Positions 49,332 to 57,555 of a stretch of 64,000 nucleotides of DNA are shown one piece after another. The stretch is from positions 142,900 through 206,899 of the forward strand of contig JBHPLN010000001.1 in NCBI GenBank assembly GCA_042564205.1, given 5' to 3'. Below the pieces are notes generated by a model, which did no database searches, was not told the DNA's origin, and saw nothing but the letters and a program-made list of their open reading frames with translations. The translations under genes were made by a program, and so were the position numbers. Within the stretch, counting starts at the first letter, position 1; each line of letters opens with the position of its first letter. This DNA comes from Fidelibacterota bacterium (GTDB lineage Bacteria; Fidelibacterota; Marinisomatia; Marinisomatales; JAHJCW01).

Positions 49332-50027
49332 AGATTTGTTCTCTTCAATTCTTTTATCGCCCGCAAAGGCACCGTGATAATCTTCCGGTAATAATGCTGC
49401 AATTCTACACATCATATCTTCGCCAAAATTGATTATTTGTTTTTCTCTCTCCTTTTTTCCTGTTTTAAGAGTCGCGCCTATTTTAAATGCCTTGCCAATT
49501 TTAATTATTATCCGTGGCCGAACTCCCCTAAACCAGTATTTTGATACATTATCTAAGCCTATTATACTAACAGGAAGAATTGGAACATTGGTCTTCATTG
49601 CAAAATAAATCGCTCCTTTTTTAGGTGTCCTTAGTTTTTTATCAGTGGCGGCGCCTTCTGGGAAAACCCCAATAATTTCTCCCTTTTTTATCGCCTTAAT
49701 TGATTGTTTTATTGTTGAAGGTGCCACTTTTATCCGATTTGTTGATATAAAGCCATATAGCCATGGGCCCCACATTAATTTTGCTTCAACGTTCTGATCG
49801 CTTGCCATTAAAAAATTAATCGGTCGTTGTATTGCATAGATAACAAATGGTGGGTCAATTCTATGAAAATGGTTTATAGCTACGACAAATGATCCTTTTC
49901 GTGGAATGTTCTGTCTTCCCTTAACTTCTATTTTCGTTAAGATTGTTCCTAAGAATAGAACAAGATACCCAAGTATATATCGAACTGCCTTAGGGCGTGG
50001 TTTATATTCGTCCAGAGATTTTAGCAC
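49323..50027 (-). CDS. plsC: 1-acyl-sn-glycerol-3-phosphate acyltransferase family protein
   Basis: 234 aa. HX4D acyltransferase motif (NHFHRID) and the FPEG block (VFPEGA). N-terminal TM. Confidence 0.85.
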   Translation of the reverse strand: MLKSLDEYKPRPKAVRYILGYLVLFLGTILTKIEVKGRQNIPRKGSFVVAINHFHRIDPPFVIYAIQRPINFLMASDQNVEAKLMWGPWLYGFISTNRIKVAPSTIKQSIKAIKKGEIIGVFPEGAATDKKLRTPKKGAIYFAMKTNVPILPVSIIGLDNVSKYWFRGVRPRIIIKIGKAFKIGATLKTGKKEREKQIINFGEDMMCRIAALLPEDYHGAFAGDKRIEENKSLD

Positions 50028-50105
50028 TTTAATTTGTTATTTAGCCTTATTACGTAAATAGCGAATGCTTAGAATTTAATGACGAAGAAAATGTATTATG
50101 GAAGA

Positions 50106-50133
50106 TAAAAAGGGCGCTTGAAACGCCCCTTTC
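50106..50133 (-). terminator. Rho-independent terminator downstream of ssb
   Basis: Minus strand reads GGGCG-tttcaag-CGCCC followed by TTTTT. It starts about 9 nt after the ssb stop. Confidence 0.6.
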
Positions 50134-50141
50134 AATTCTGC

Positions 50142-50549
50142 TTAAAATGGAAGATCGTCATCTTCAGACGGTTCAAATTTACTATCCTTCGGATTTGAAG
50201 GTTTATCATCAGATTTCTTCCCTAACATAGTGAAAGAATCACAATTGACTTCAGTAGTATAGCGCTTTACTCCATCTTTATCTTCCCAAGAGCGAGTTTG
50301 AAGACGACCCTCAATATATACTAGCTGGCCTTTTTTCATATACTCGGCAGCGGTTTCTGCCATTTTTCCGAAAACAACGCAACGATGCCACTCGGTTCGA
50401 TCTTTAATGTCGCCCTCAGGCGTTTTCCATGATTCATTAGTGGCTATATTAAGTGTGGCGACAGCATTGCCCGAAGTTGTAAATCGACTTTCAGGATCCG
50501 CTCCTAAATGACCTATAAGTAAAACTTTATTCAAACTTCCTTTTTGCAT
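50142..50549 (-). CDS. ssb: Single-stranded DNA-binding protein
   Basis: 135 aa. OB-fold N-terminus ([15 protein letters not shown]...[11 protein letters not shown]) and the acidic C-terminal tip DDDLPF. Confidence 0.95.
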   Translation of the reverse strand: MQKGSLNKVLLIGHLGADPESRFTTSGNAVATLNIATNESWKTPEGDIKDRTEWHRCVVFGKMAETAAEYMKKGQLVYIEGRLQTRSWEDKDGVKRYTTEVNCDSFTMLGKKSDDKPSNPKDSKFEPSEDDDLPF

Positions 50550-50677
50550 TACCGAACTCCTTTGTGTTGTATTTATACATCAAGCTGTAATTTTTAATTA
50601 ACTATAGTAATGTATAATCATTTTCTAAGCAAGGATTTACTAATAGCGGCCCTTACAAATGTTAATTTTTATTATTC

Positions 50678-52036
50678 TTAAAATAGCGTCGATCTTAGTT
50701 CTTTTTGTATTGCTTCTACCTGTTTACGAATTCTCTGATTATTTTTCATTAGATTTTCAATTTTACGGCATGCATGTAAAATTGTTGTATGATCCCTTCC
50801 ACCAAAATACATTCCAATTGTAGAAAGGGAAACCCCGATTATATCCCGACATAAAAACGCTGCTGTCTGCCTTGCTTCTGCAATGTGTTTTTTTCGGCTT
50901 TTGCCTACAATATCACGTTCAGAAATAGAAGTTACTTCCGATACTCTTTTTACAATATCTTCAATTGTTAATTCCGAGATTAAACTCTCTCCAATTCGTT
51001 CTCTCACGACTTCTTTTATTAATACTTCATCGATTTCTCGATTCGTAAGTGATGAGTGCGCTAACAACCGAATAATAGTGCTTTCTAAATCGCGCACGTT
51101 ACGCTTGATATGAACAGCCATAAATTCTATCATGTCATAAGGCAGTTCAAGTCCATTTTTTTCTGCTTTATCTAGTAAAATTGCCACTCTTGTTTCCAGG
51201 TCAGGAGGCTGAATGTCGACAGACAATCCAGACTGAAATCTTGAAAGTAATCTGTCTTGCAATCCAAGCATATCTCCAGGATAACGATCCGCTGTCAAAA
51301 CTATTTGTTTTCCTGATTGAAATAAATCGTTAAATGTATGAAAAAACTGTTCTTGAGTCTGTTCCTTTTTTTGAAAAAATTGAATGTCATCTATTAGAAG
51401 AATATCGGCCTTACGATAAAATCTTGAAAATTCTATTGTGTTGTGTCTTTGGATACTTGATATAAAGTCCAGGGTGAACTTTTCACTTGAGGCACAAACA
51501 ATTTTTAATTCAGGCTTATTTACTAAAATATGGTTTCCTATAGCCTGTATTAAGTGTGTTTTACCAAGCCCTACACCTCCATATATAATCAGAGGATTAA
51601 AAGCCTGTTTCCCTGGAGATTCTGATACTGATAAAGCGGCTGCTTTTGCAAACTGATTATTAGCGCCCTCGATATAAGAACTAAAAGTAAAATTTTTATT
51701 TAATTTAGGTCTATCCTCAGATGGTTGCTTCTTGATTGTAACTGGCTGATATGTTTGCTCTTCAAAATTGTTCTTTTGGTAATTGCTTCTTTCAAGTGCC
51801 AGGGTATATTTGACTTCAATATTTCTTTCATTTTGTTCTCTAACTGTTGATTGAATTATTTTACTATAGTGACTTTGTATCCACTCAAAAAAAAATTGAT
51901 TTGGAACCTCCAAAACCAATTCCTCATCATTCAATGCAATAGAAGAAATAGGGTCAAACCAAGTATTATAGGCATGACTTGGCAGGGTTGGTTTGATTTT
52001 TTCTTTTGTTTTTATCCAGAAGTCGTTATGATTCAT
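50678..52036 (-). CDS. dnaA: Chromosomal replication initiator protein DnaA
   Basis: 452 aa. AAA+ Walker A GGVGLGKTHL, Walker B LLIDDIQF and a domain IV DNA-binding helix region (IAEARQTAAFLCRD...GGRDHTTILHA). Confidence 0.97.
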   Translation of the reverse strand: MNHNDFWIKTKEKIKPTLPSHAYNTWFDPISSIALNDEELVLEVPNQFFFEWIQSHYSKIIQSTVREQNERNIEVKYTLALERSNYQKNNFEEQTYQPVTIKKQPSEDRPKLNKNFTFSSYIEGANNQFAKAAALSVSESPGKQAFNPLIIYGGVGLGKTHLIQAIGNHILVNKPELKIVCASSEKFTLDFISSIQRHNTIEFSRFYRKADILLIDDIQFFQKKEQTQEQFFHTFNDLFQSGKQIVLTADRYPGDMLGLQDRLLSRFQSGLSVDIQPPDLETRVAILLDKAEKNGLELPYDMIEFMAVHIKRNVRDLESTIIRLLAHSSLTNREIDEVLIKEVVRERIGESLISELTIEDIVKRVSEVTSISERDIVGKSRKKHIAEARQTAAFLCRDIIGVSLSTIGMYFGGRDHTTILHACRKIENLMKNNQRIRKQVEAIQKELRSTLF

Positions 52037-52041
52037 TTAAG

Positions 52042-52061
52042 TTATCCACAGGTTATCCACA
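52042..52061 (+). promoter_or_regulatory. Two tandem perfect DnaA boxes (TTATCCACA gg TTATCCACA)
   Basis: Read directly: 52042-52050 and 52053-52061, located 6-25 nt upstream of the dnaA start codon in the dnaA-rpmH divergent region. Confidence 0.8.
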
Positions 52062-52249
52062 GTCGCTCTTTTATTAATTTAAGGTAATAAATTCATTAAC
52101 ATCCAGCTTGTTTTTGCCTATTAGTTAAGTATTTTAACGTTTACAAGTAAATAAATTATACGCTGTATTGAAGAAATCATTTTTATCTCTATTTTCTTTG
52201 ATTATTACCAGTATAAGCACGTATTTTTCCGGGCTCAAAATGGAGTTAA

Positions 52250-52384
52250 TATGAAGCGCACTTATCAGCCTAGCAATAGAAAACGGAAAAACAAACACGG
52301 TTTCAGAAATAGAATGTCTTCCCCATGCGGTAGACAGGTTCTTAGCCGTCGCCGAAAAAAAGGCCGCAATAAACTTTCAGCTTA
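52250..52384 (+). CDS. rpmH: 50S ribosomal protein L34
   Basis: 44-codon ORF below the ORF-track size cutoff: [48 protein letters not shown] lies 5 nt upstream. TAG stop at 52382-52384. Confidence 0.95.
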
Positions 52385-52639
52385 GTGTCAAACAAACTTA
52401 AATATTTCTGGCATTTCCCCGATATAGTAGTTAGAAAACTGCTCACTGGCGTTTTTTTGTTATATCGTTTGCTATTATCCCCAATGTTAGGAAATAGATG
52501 CAGGTTTTCACCAAGTTGCTCAGCATATGCTATTGAATCCCTGTCAAAGAAAACATTTCCTGTCGCAATTATTTTAATAATTAAACGCGTCTCTAAATGT
52601 CACCCTTTTCACGAGGGTGGATACGACCCTGTTAAATGA
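52385..52639 (+). CDS. yidD: Membrane protein insertion efficiency factor YidD
   Basis: 84 aa. Conserved Cys block CRFSPSCSAYAIESL and C-terminal KCHPFHEGGYDPV. The GTG start directly abuts the rpmH stop. ATGA overlap with yidC. Confidence 0.88.
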   Translation: MSNKLKYFWHFPDIVVRKLLTGVFLLYRLLLSPMLGNRCRFSPSCSAYAIESLSKKTFPVAIILIIKRVSKCHPFHEGGYDPVK

Positions 52640-54309
52640 TGAATAAAAACACCCTAATTGCATTCTTACTTATCGCTGTTGTTTTAATACTGACGCCATA
52701 CTATCTTAATGTCGTTTCACCTCCCCCCGAAAAAGAGGAGGGTGAAACAGCGTACCAAACCGCACAGGATAATAATACCGAGAATACAACTATTGATTCT
52801 CCAGCGGCTCAACCTATGCAAACAGAGCGCGCTCCATCTGATTATTTGGCTCAAAAATCGATCGAACGCATAGTTACTGTTTATACAGATTTATATACTA
52901 TTGAATTGAACTCTAAAAATGGTGGCTCAATTCAATCTTTCATATTAAATAACTATTCCATGAATGACAGTCTAAACGTTGAACTTATAGATAATTACAA
53001 TAATAACAATATGTTGATTGACTTTGTTTCTCTTGATGGGGAGTTTATAGTCCTTGACCATCCCTGGGAGTTCGATGGAAATAATTTAGCGCTAGATGTA
53101 GCCACGCAAAGTAAAACTGTAAAATTTTATACAAAAGTAAACGGTAAATCAGTTTCAAAGATATACACGTTTTTTCCAGGTACTTATAAAATCGAACTTG
53201 AAGTTGATTTTAGTTCTTTAGAAAATGATTTATCTCAAGGACTCTATTCTCTCTCATGGCTAGGGGGCTTACCTACGACAGAGAAAAATATTAGAGATGA
53301 TTTATTTTACTTCAAAGGTTATGTATACCAGGGTGGCGAACTGCATGAGTTTAAGGCTAATAAGAAAAATGAAAAAAGTGATAAATTTATTGGAAACACG
53401 GATTGGATAGCAGCAAGATCTAAATATTTTATAGCAGCCCTAATCCCCTCTATTAATTCTTCTGGTGCTGAAATCGGCGGTCATTACGAGGATGATGCTC
53501 CTCGATACGACTTATCCTTAAAAAATAACGTTTTTGGTTCAAATCGCTATTCTATCTACTTAGGACCACTTGAATACAATCGAATTAAAAATCTTAACAT
53601 TGATTTAGATCAGGCTATGAGTTTGGGCTGGCGACCAATACGTCCAATAAGTATGGGAGTTCTGGCCCTATTAAAAGCCTTACACAAAATAATTCCTAAC
53701 TATGGGATCATTCTGATTTTATTCTCAATTCTAATAAAAATTGTAGTGTATCCTTTGACAAAAAAGAGTTATTTGTCTACACAGAAAATGCAGGTAATTC
53801 AACCACAGTTAGCGGCTCTTAAAGAAAAGCACAAAGGAGATCCACAAAAACTAAATAAGGCTACAATGGCGCTGTATAAAGAAAGTGGCGTCAATCCTAT
53901 GGGAGGCTGCCTTCCTATTTTAATTCAAATGCCACTACTGTTTGCTTTATTTATCGTTTTCCGCACCACAATTGAGTTGCGTGGTGCTCCATTTATTTTG
54001 TGGATTAAGGATTTATCGGCTCCCGATACACTCTTTATGATAGGAGATTTTCCTATTAATATTTTACCGCTACTTATGACGGTAACTATGGTTCTTCAGC
54101 AGCGAATGACACCAACCGCCGCCATGGGACAACAAAAAGCCCTTCCGTACATTATGAACATAATGTTCCTATTCATATTTTACCGGTTTCCCTCCGGGCT
54201 AAACCTGTATTACACTTTGTTTAATCTTTTGACAATACTGCAACAAAAGTTTCTAACTCCAAGTACTCCGGTTCCGGTTATAGCAGCAAAAAAATCCCCA
54301 AAAAAATGA
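52636..54309 (+). CDS. yidC: Membrane protein insertase YidC
   Basis: 557 aa. N-terminal TM, a large periplasmic domain, and a C-terminal Oxa1-type core (PLTKKSYLSTQKMQVIQPQL..., GCLPILIQMPLLFALF). Confidence 0.95.
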   Translation: MMNKNTLIAFLLIAVVLILTPYYLNVVSPPPEKEEGETAYQTAQDNNTENTTIDSPAAQPMQTERAPSDYLAQKSIERIVTVYTDLYTIELNSKNGGSIQSFILNNYSMNDSLNVELIDNYNNNNMLIDFVSLDGEFIVLDHPWEFDGNNLALDVATQSKTVKFYTKVNGKSVSKIYTFFPGTYKIELEVDFSSLENDLSQGLYSLSWLGGLPTTEKNIRDDLFYFKGYVYQGGELHEFKANKKNEKSDKFIGNTDWIAARSKYFIAALIPSINSSGAEIGGHYEDDAPRYDLSLKNNVFGSNRYSIYLGPLEYNRIKNLNIDLDQAMSLGWRPIRPISMGVLALLKALHKIIPNYGIILILFSILIKIVVYPLTKKSYLSTQKMQVIQPQLAALKEKHKGDPQKLNKATMALYKESGVNPMGGCLPILIQMPLLFALFIVFRTTIELRGAPFILWIKDLSAPDTLFMIGDFPINILPLLMTVTMVLQQRMTPTAAMGQQKALPYIMNIMFLFIFYRFPSGLNLYYTLFNLLTILQQKFLTPSTPVPVIAAKKSPKK

Positions 54310-55664
54310 TCAATGACACAATTGTTGCGCCAGCAACGCCCTTCGGTACTGGTGGAATTTCTGTCATCCGTATTAGTGGACCTGAGTCATTGTCCTTTAT
54401 TCTTAAGTATATCAATTTACCTGATGGTTCGCCCCTCGAATTAAAGCACAGGATGGCTACGCTAGTTAATCTTAGCGATACTGATTCAAATATCTTTGAT
54501 CAGGCGGTTATAACATATTATCAGAATCCTCATTCGTACACGGGTGAAGAATTAGTAGAAATCTCTTGTCATGGCAGCCCTGTAATTGTTCAGAAAATAC
54601 TTAATATCGCATCCAGTGCTGGCCTTCGGCTTGCAGACCCGGGGGAATTCACTAGGCGTGCATTTCTTAATGGGAAAATTGATTTGTTGCAGGCTGAGGC
54701 TGTTGCCAATACAATAAATTCTCTTTCTATTGAAGGTTCAAAATTGAATTTTCAAATATTGAGTGGTGTCTTATCTGAAAAACTATTTGCTATAAAGTCT
54801 TCGCTAATCAGCGCTCTCTCAAAAGTCGAATTTGAGTTGGACATTTCGGAAGAGAGTTTGCAACCGGAGTTAAAATCCCAGCTGGAAGATTTGCTATTTC
54901 CTGTGCAAGAGATGACTAGTAATCTTTTATCGTCTTACCACTATGGAAATTTATTAACAAAAGGCGCCTTAGTTGTTATTGCTGGTCCGCCCAATGTTGG
55001 TAAATCAACGCTTTTAAACTCTCTTTCTAATAGCGACCGCGCTATTACACATGACATTCCAGGGACAACTCGTGACCCCATTGATGTTTCATTCTTCATT
55101 GATGGTATACCGATAACCCTAGTTGATACTGCGGGATTACGAAGCACAGTAGAAGAAATTGAGCTTAAGGGGATTGCCAGGACAAAATCGTACCTAGAAA
55201 AAGCAGATCTGGTGATCGTGCTTGATTCTGTTGAACAACCAGAGAATTATCCAGATTATTCAAATCTTAAATGTCCGCTTATTTTTGTCACTAATAAAAG
55301 CGATCTATTAAACAAAAACCAGCAAACTGGTAATATCAAAAACCAAATTGATAAGATATACATTTCTGCTCTTAACAGTACCGGGCTTCACACTTTACAG
55401 GATCGCATCAAAGAAGCTCTTCTGGTTAATGAAGTTCTGTCAAGTTCAGTTGCGCTCACAACTGGACGACAAAACTCAGCAATTCAGACATGCCATTCTC
55501 GAATTGAAGCTGCAAGTAAGTTGCTCCATGAAATTACTCCTCAATATGAACTGATTGCTTTTGAACTACAGGAAAGTCTTAATTCCTTGGACGCTCTTAT
55601 TGGGAAAACCACACCAGACGATATATTAAACAATGTTTTTAATAAATTTTGTGTTGGAAAATAA
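54306..55664 (+). CDS. mnmE: tRNA modification GTPase MnmE
   Basis: 452 aa. N-terminal DTIVAPATP, G-domain GPPNVGKSTLLN / DTAGLR / NKSD, and C-terminal C(I/V)GK motif (FCVGK). Confidence 0.96.
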   Translation: MINDTIVAPATPFGTGGISVIRISGPESLSFILKYINLPDGSPLELKHRMATLVNLSDTDSNIFDQAVITYYQNPHSYTGEELVEISCHGSPVIVQKILNIASSAGLRLADPGEFTRRAFLNGKIDLLQAEAVANTINSLSIEGSKLNFQILSGVLSEKLFAIKSSLISALSKVEFELDISEESLQPELKSQLEDLLFPVQEMTSNLLSSYHYGNLLTKGALVVIAGPPNVGKSTLLNSLSNSDRAITHDIPGTTRDPIDVSFFIDGIPITLVDTAGLRSTVEEIELKGIARTKSYLEKADLVIVLDSVEQPENYPDYSNLKCPLIFVTNKSDLLNKNQQTGNIKNQIDKIYISALNSTGLHTLQDRIKEALLVNEVLSSSVALTTGRQNSAIQTCHSRIEAASKLLHEITPQYELIAFELQESLNSLDALIGKTTPDDILNNVFNKFCVGK

Positions 55665-57555
55665 GTTTCACGTGAAACCTAATACAAATAAATACGATGT
55701 TATTGTTGTTGGCGGCGGACATGCTGGAATAGAAGCTGCAGTAGCCGCCGCTAATCAGAGCGTCAATGTAGTTCTTGTTACAATGGACAAAAAAGCCCTT
55801 GCCCGTATGTCTTGCAATCCCGCTATTGGCGGTTTAGCTAAAGGGCAAATGGTTCGGGAAATTGATGTTCTGGGCGGCCTAATGCCAAAAATAGCCGACA
55901 GGGCTGGAATTCAATTTAAACTATTGAACCGATCAAAAGGACGTTCAGTTTGGTCGCCTCGAGCTCAAGTTGATAAACGTGCTTATGAACAAGCAATTAT
56001 TTCTAAGATTTCTGATGAATTAAGAATTGATACAATCGAGGGAGAAGTTGTAAATATTCTCGTACAGAATCAAAAAATTAACGGTGTTGTTTTACGGGCT
56101 GGGATAAATCTTTATGCGAGGTCTATTATATTAACATGTGGTACATTTCTGAATGGACTTGTACATATAGGTCAAAGGAAAATTTTTGCTGGGCGGATGG
56201 GCGAGTCCCCTTCAATAGGCATTACAGAGGCTTTAGAATCGTATGGTTTTCATTCAGGAAGATTAAAAACAGGAACGCCCCCACGCCTTCTAAAGTCCAG
56301 CATTGACTGGTCAAAAACTAGCGTTATTGAAGGGGATAAAACCCCCGTTCCATTTTCTTACTCAACTAAGAATTTTAATCCACCCAATATTCCTTGCCAC
56401 GTCATTAAAACTAATTCTGAATGTCATAATATTATTAGTGACAACATCAGTAAATCGCCAATGTTTACAGGGGAAATATTTGGCGTTGGTCCTCGATACT
56501 GTCCCTCAATCGAAGATAAGATTTTTCGTTTTTCGCATCACAATTCTCATCTCCTCTTTTTAGAACCGGAGTGGACCAACTCGGATCAGATTTACGTTAA
56601 TGGCTTTTCAACAAGCCTGCCAGAGCAAGTTCAGATCGAGGCACTACAGCAAATACCCGGGCTTGAAAAAGTTAGGTTTTTACGCCCTGGTTACGCCATT
56701 GAATATGATTTTTTTCCTCCCTCTCAACATAAGGCTTCGCTTGAGTCAAAAAACATTCAGGGTTTGTTCTTCGCGGGTCAAATAAATGGCACATCTGGAT
56801 ATGAAGAGGCTGCTGCTCAAGGCTTAATAGCCGGAATAAATTCTGTTTGTTACATCTACAATCAAGAACCCATGATATTGTCGCGTGATGAAGCATACAT
56901 TGGCGTTCTAATAGACGATTTGATCACGAAAGATACTTTTGAGCCGTATCGCATGTTTACATCTCGGGCAGAACATCGACTGATGCTTCGCTATACAAAC
57001 GCAGATCGAAGGCTCTTGAATAAGTCCAAGCGTTTCGGATTAATTAACACAAAAACATTTGAAGCCTTTTTGAAAAAAAAGGAAGCAACTGATTCAATTC
57101 TATCTGAGCTAAAACGCAGTATAACCCCGGAAGCTATTAATTCTACCTTAGCAAAATATGGTGAGCCGTCTATCGTGCAGAAACAACCTGCCGATAAACT
57201 GTTGAAGCGTCCAAGCATTTCAATTTATGATTTGCCTTCTGCTTTTTTTAAAAACGCTAACCTGCGTCAATTTGATACACACATCGCTGATGAAATTTTA
57301 ACAGAAGCAGAAACAATGGTTAAATATAAAGGCTATATCGACCGCCAAAATGAATTAATTGGTAAAATGAAGCGGCAAGAAGAATATAAATTACCAGTAG
57401 ACATTAATTATGGTTACTTGAAAAGCCTCTCCCTGGAGGCTCGCGAAAAACTGACAAGCATCAGGCCTGAAACGCTAGGTCAAGCAATGCGTATCTCTGG
57501 TGTTTCGCCTGCAGATATTTCAATCCTCTCGGTTTTGCTTCATAAGACTCCATGA
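55633..57555 (+). CDS. mnmG: tRNA uridine 5-carboxymethylaminomethyl modification enzyme MnmG (GidA)
   Basis: FAD-binding YDVIVVGGGHAGIEAA and the full-length GidA pattern. The start is ambiguous: ATG 55633 (32-nt overlap with mnmE), or GTG 55672 inside the parS-like palindrome, which would give a more typical short N-terminus. Confidence 0.93.
   Translation: MFLINFVLENKFHVKPNTNKYDVIVVGGGHAGIEAAVAAANQSVNVVLVTMDKKALARMSCNPAIGGLAKGQMVREIDVLGGLMPKIADRAGIQFKLLNRSKGRSVWSPRAQVDKRAYEQAIISKISDELRIDTIEGEVVNILVQNQKINGVVLRAGINLYARSIILTCGTFLNGLVHIGQRKIFAGRMGESPSIGITEALESYGFHSGRLKTGTPPRLLKSSIDWSKTSVIEGDKTPVPFSYSTKNFNPPNIPCHVIKTNSECHNIISDNISKSPMFTGEIFGVGPRYCPSIEDKIFRFSHHNSHLLFLEPEWTNSDQIYVNGFSTSLPEQVQIEALQQIPGLEKVRFLRPGYAIEYDFFPPSQHKASLESKNIQGLFFAGQINGTSGYEEAAAQGLIAGINSVCYIYNQEPMILSRDEAYIGVLIDDLITKDTFEPYRMFTSRAEHRLMLRYTNADRRLLNKSKRFGLINTKTFEAFLKKKEATDSILSELKRSITPEAINSTLAKYGEPSIVQKQPADKLLKRPSISIYDLPSAFFKNANLRQFDTHIADEILTEAETMVKYKGYIDRQNELIGKMKRQEEYKLPVDINYGYLKSLSLEAREKLTSIRPETLGQAMRISGVSPADISILSVLLHKTP
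55664..55679. other. parS-like centromere site (AGTTTCACGTGAAACC, 14/16 to consensus)
   Basis: The inner 14 bp GTTTCACGTGAAAC is a perfect palindrome identical to the ParB/Spo0J parS core. It spans the mnmE stop and the mnmG 5-prime end. Confidence 0.7.
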
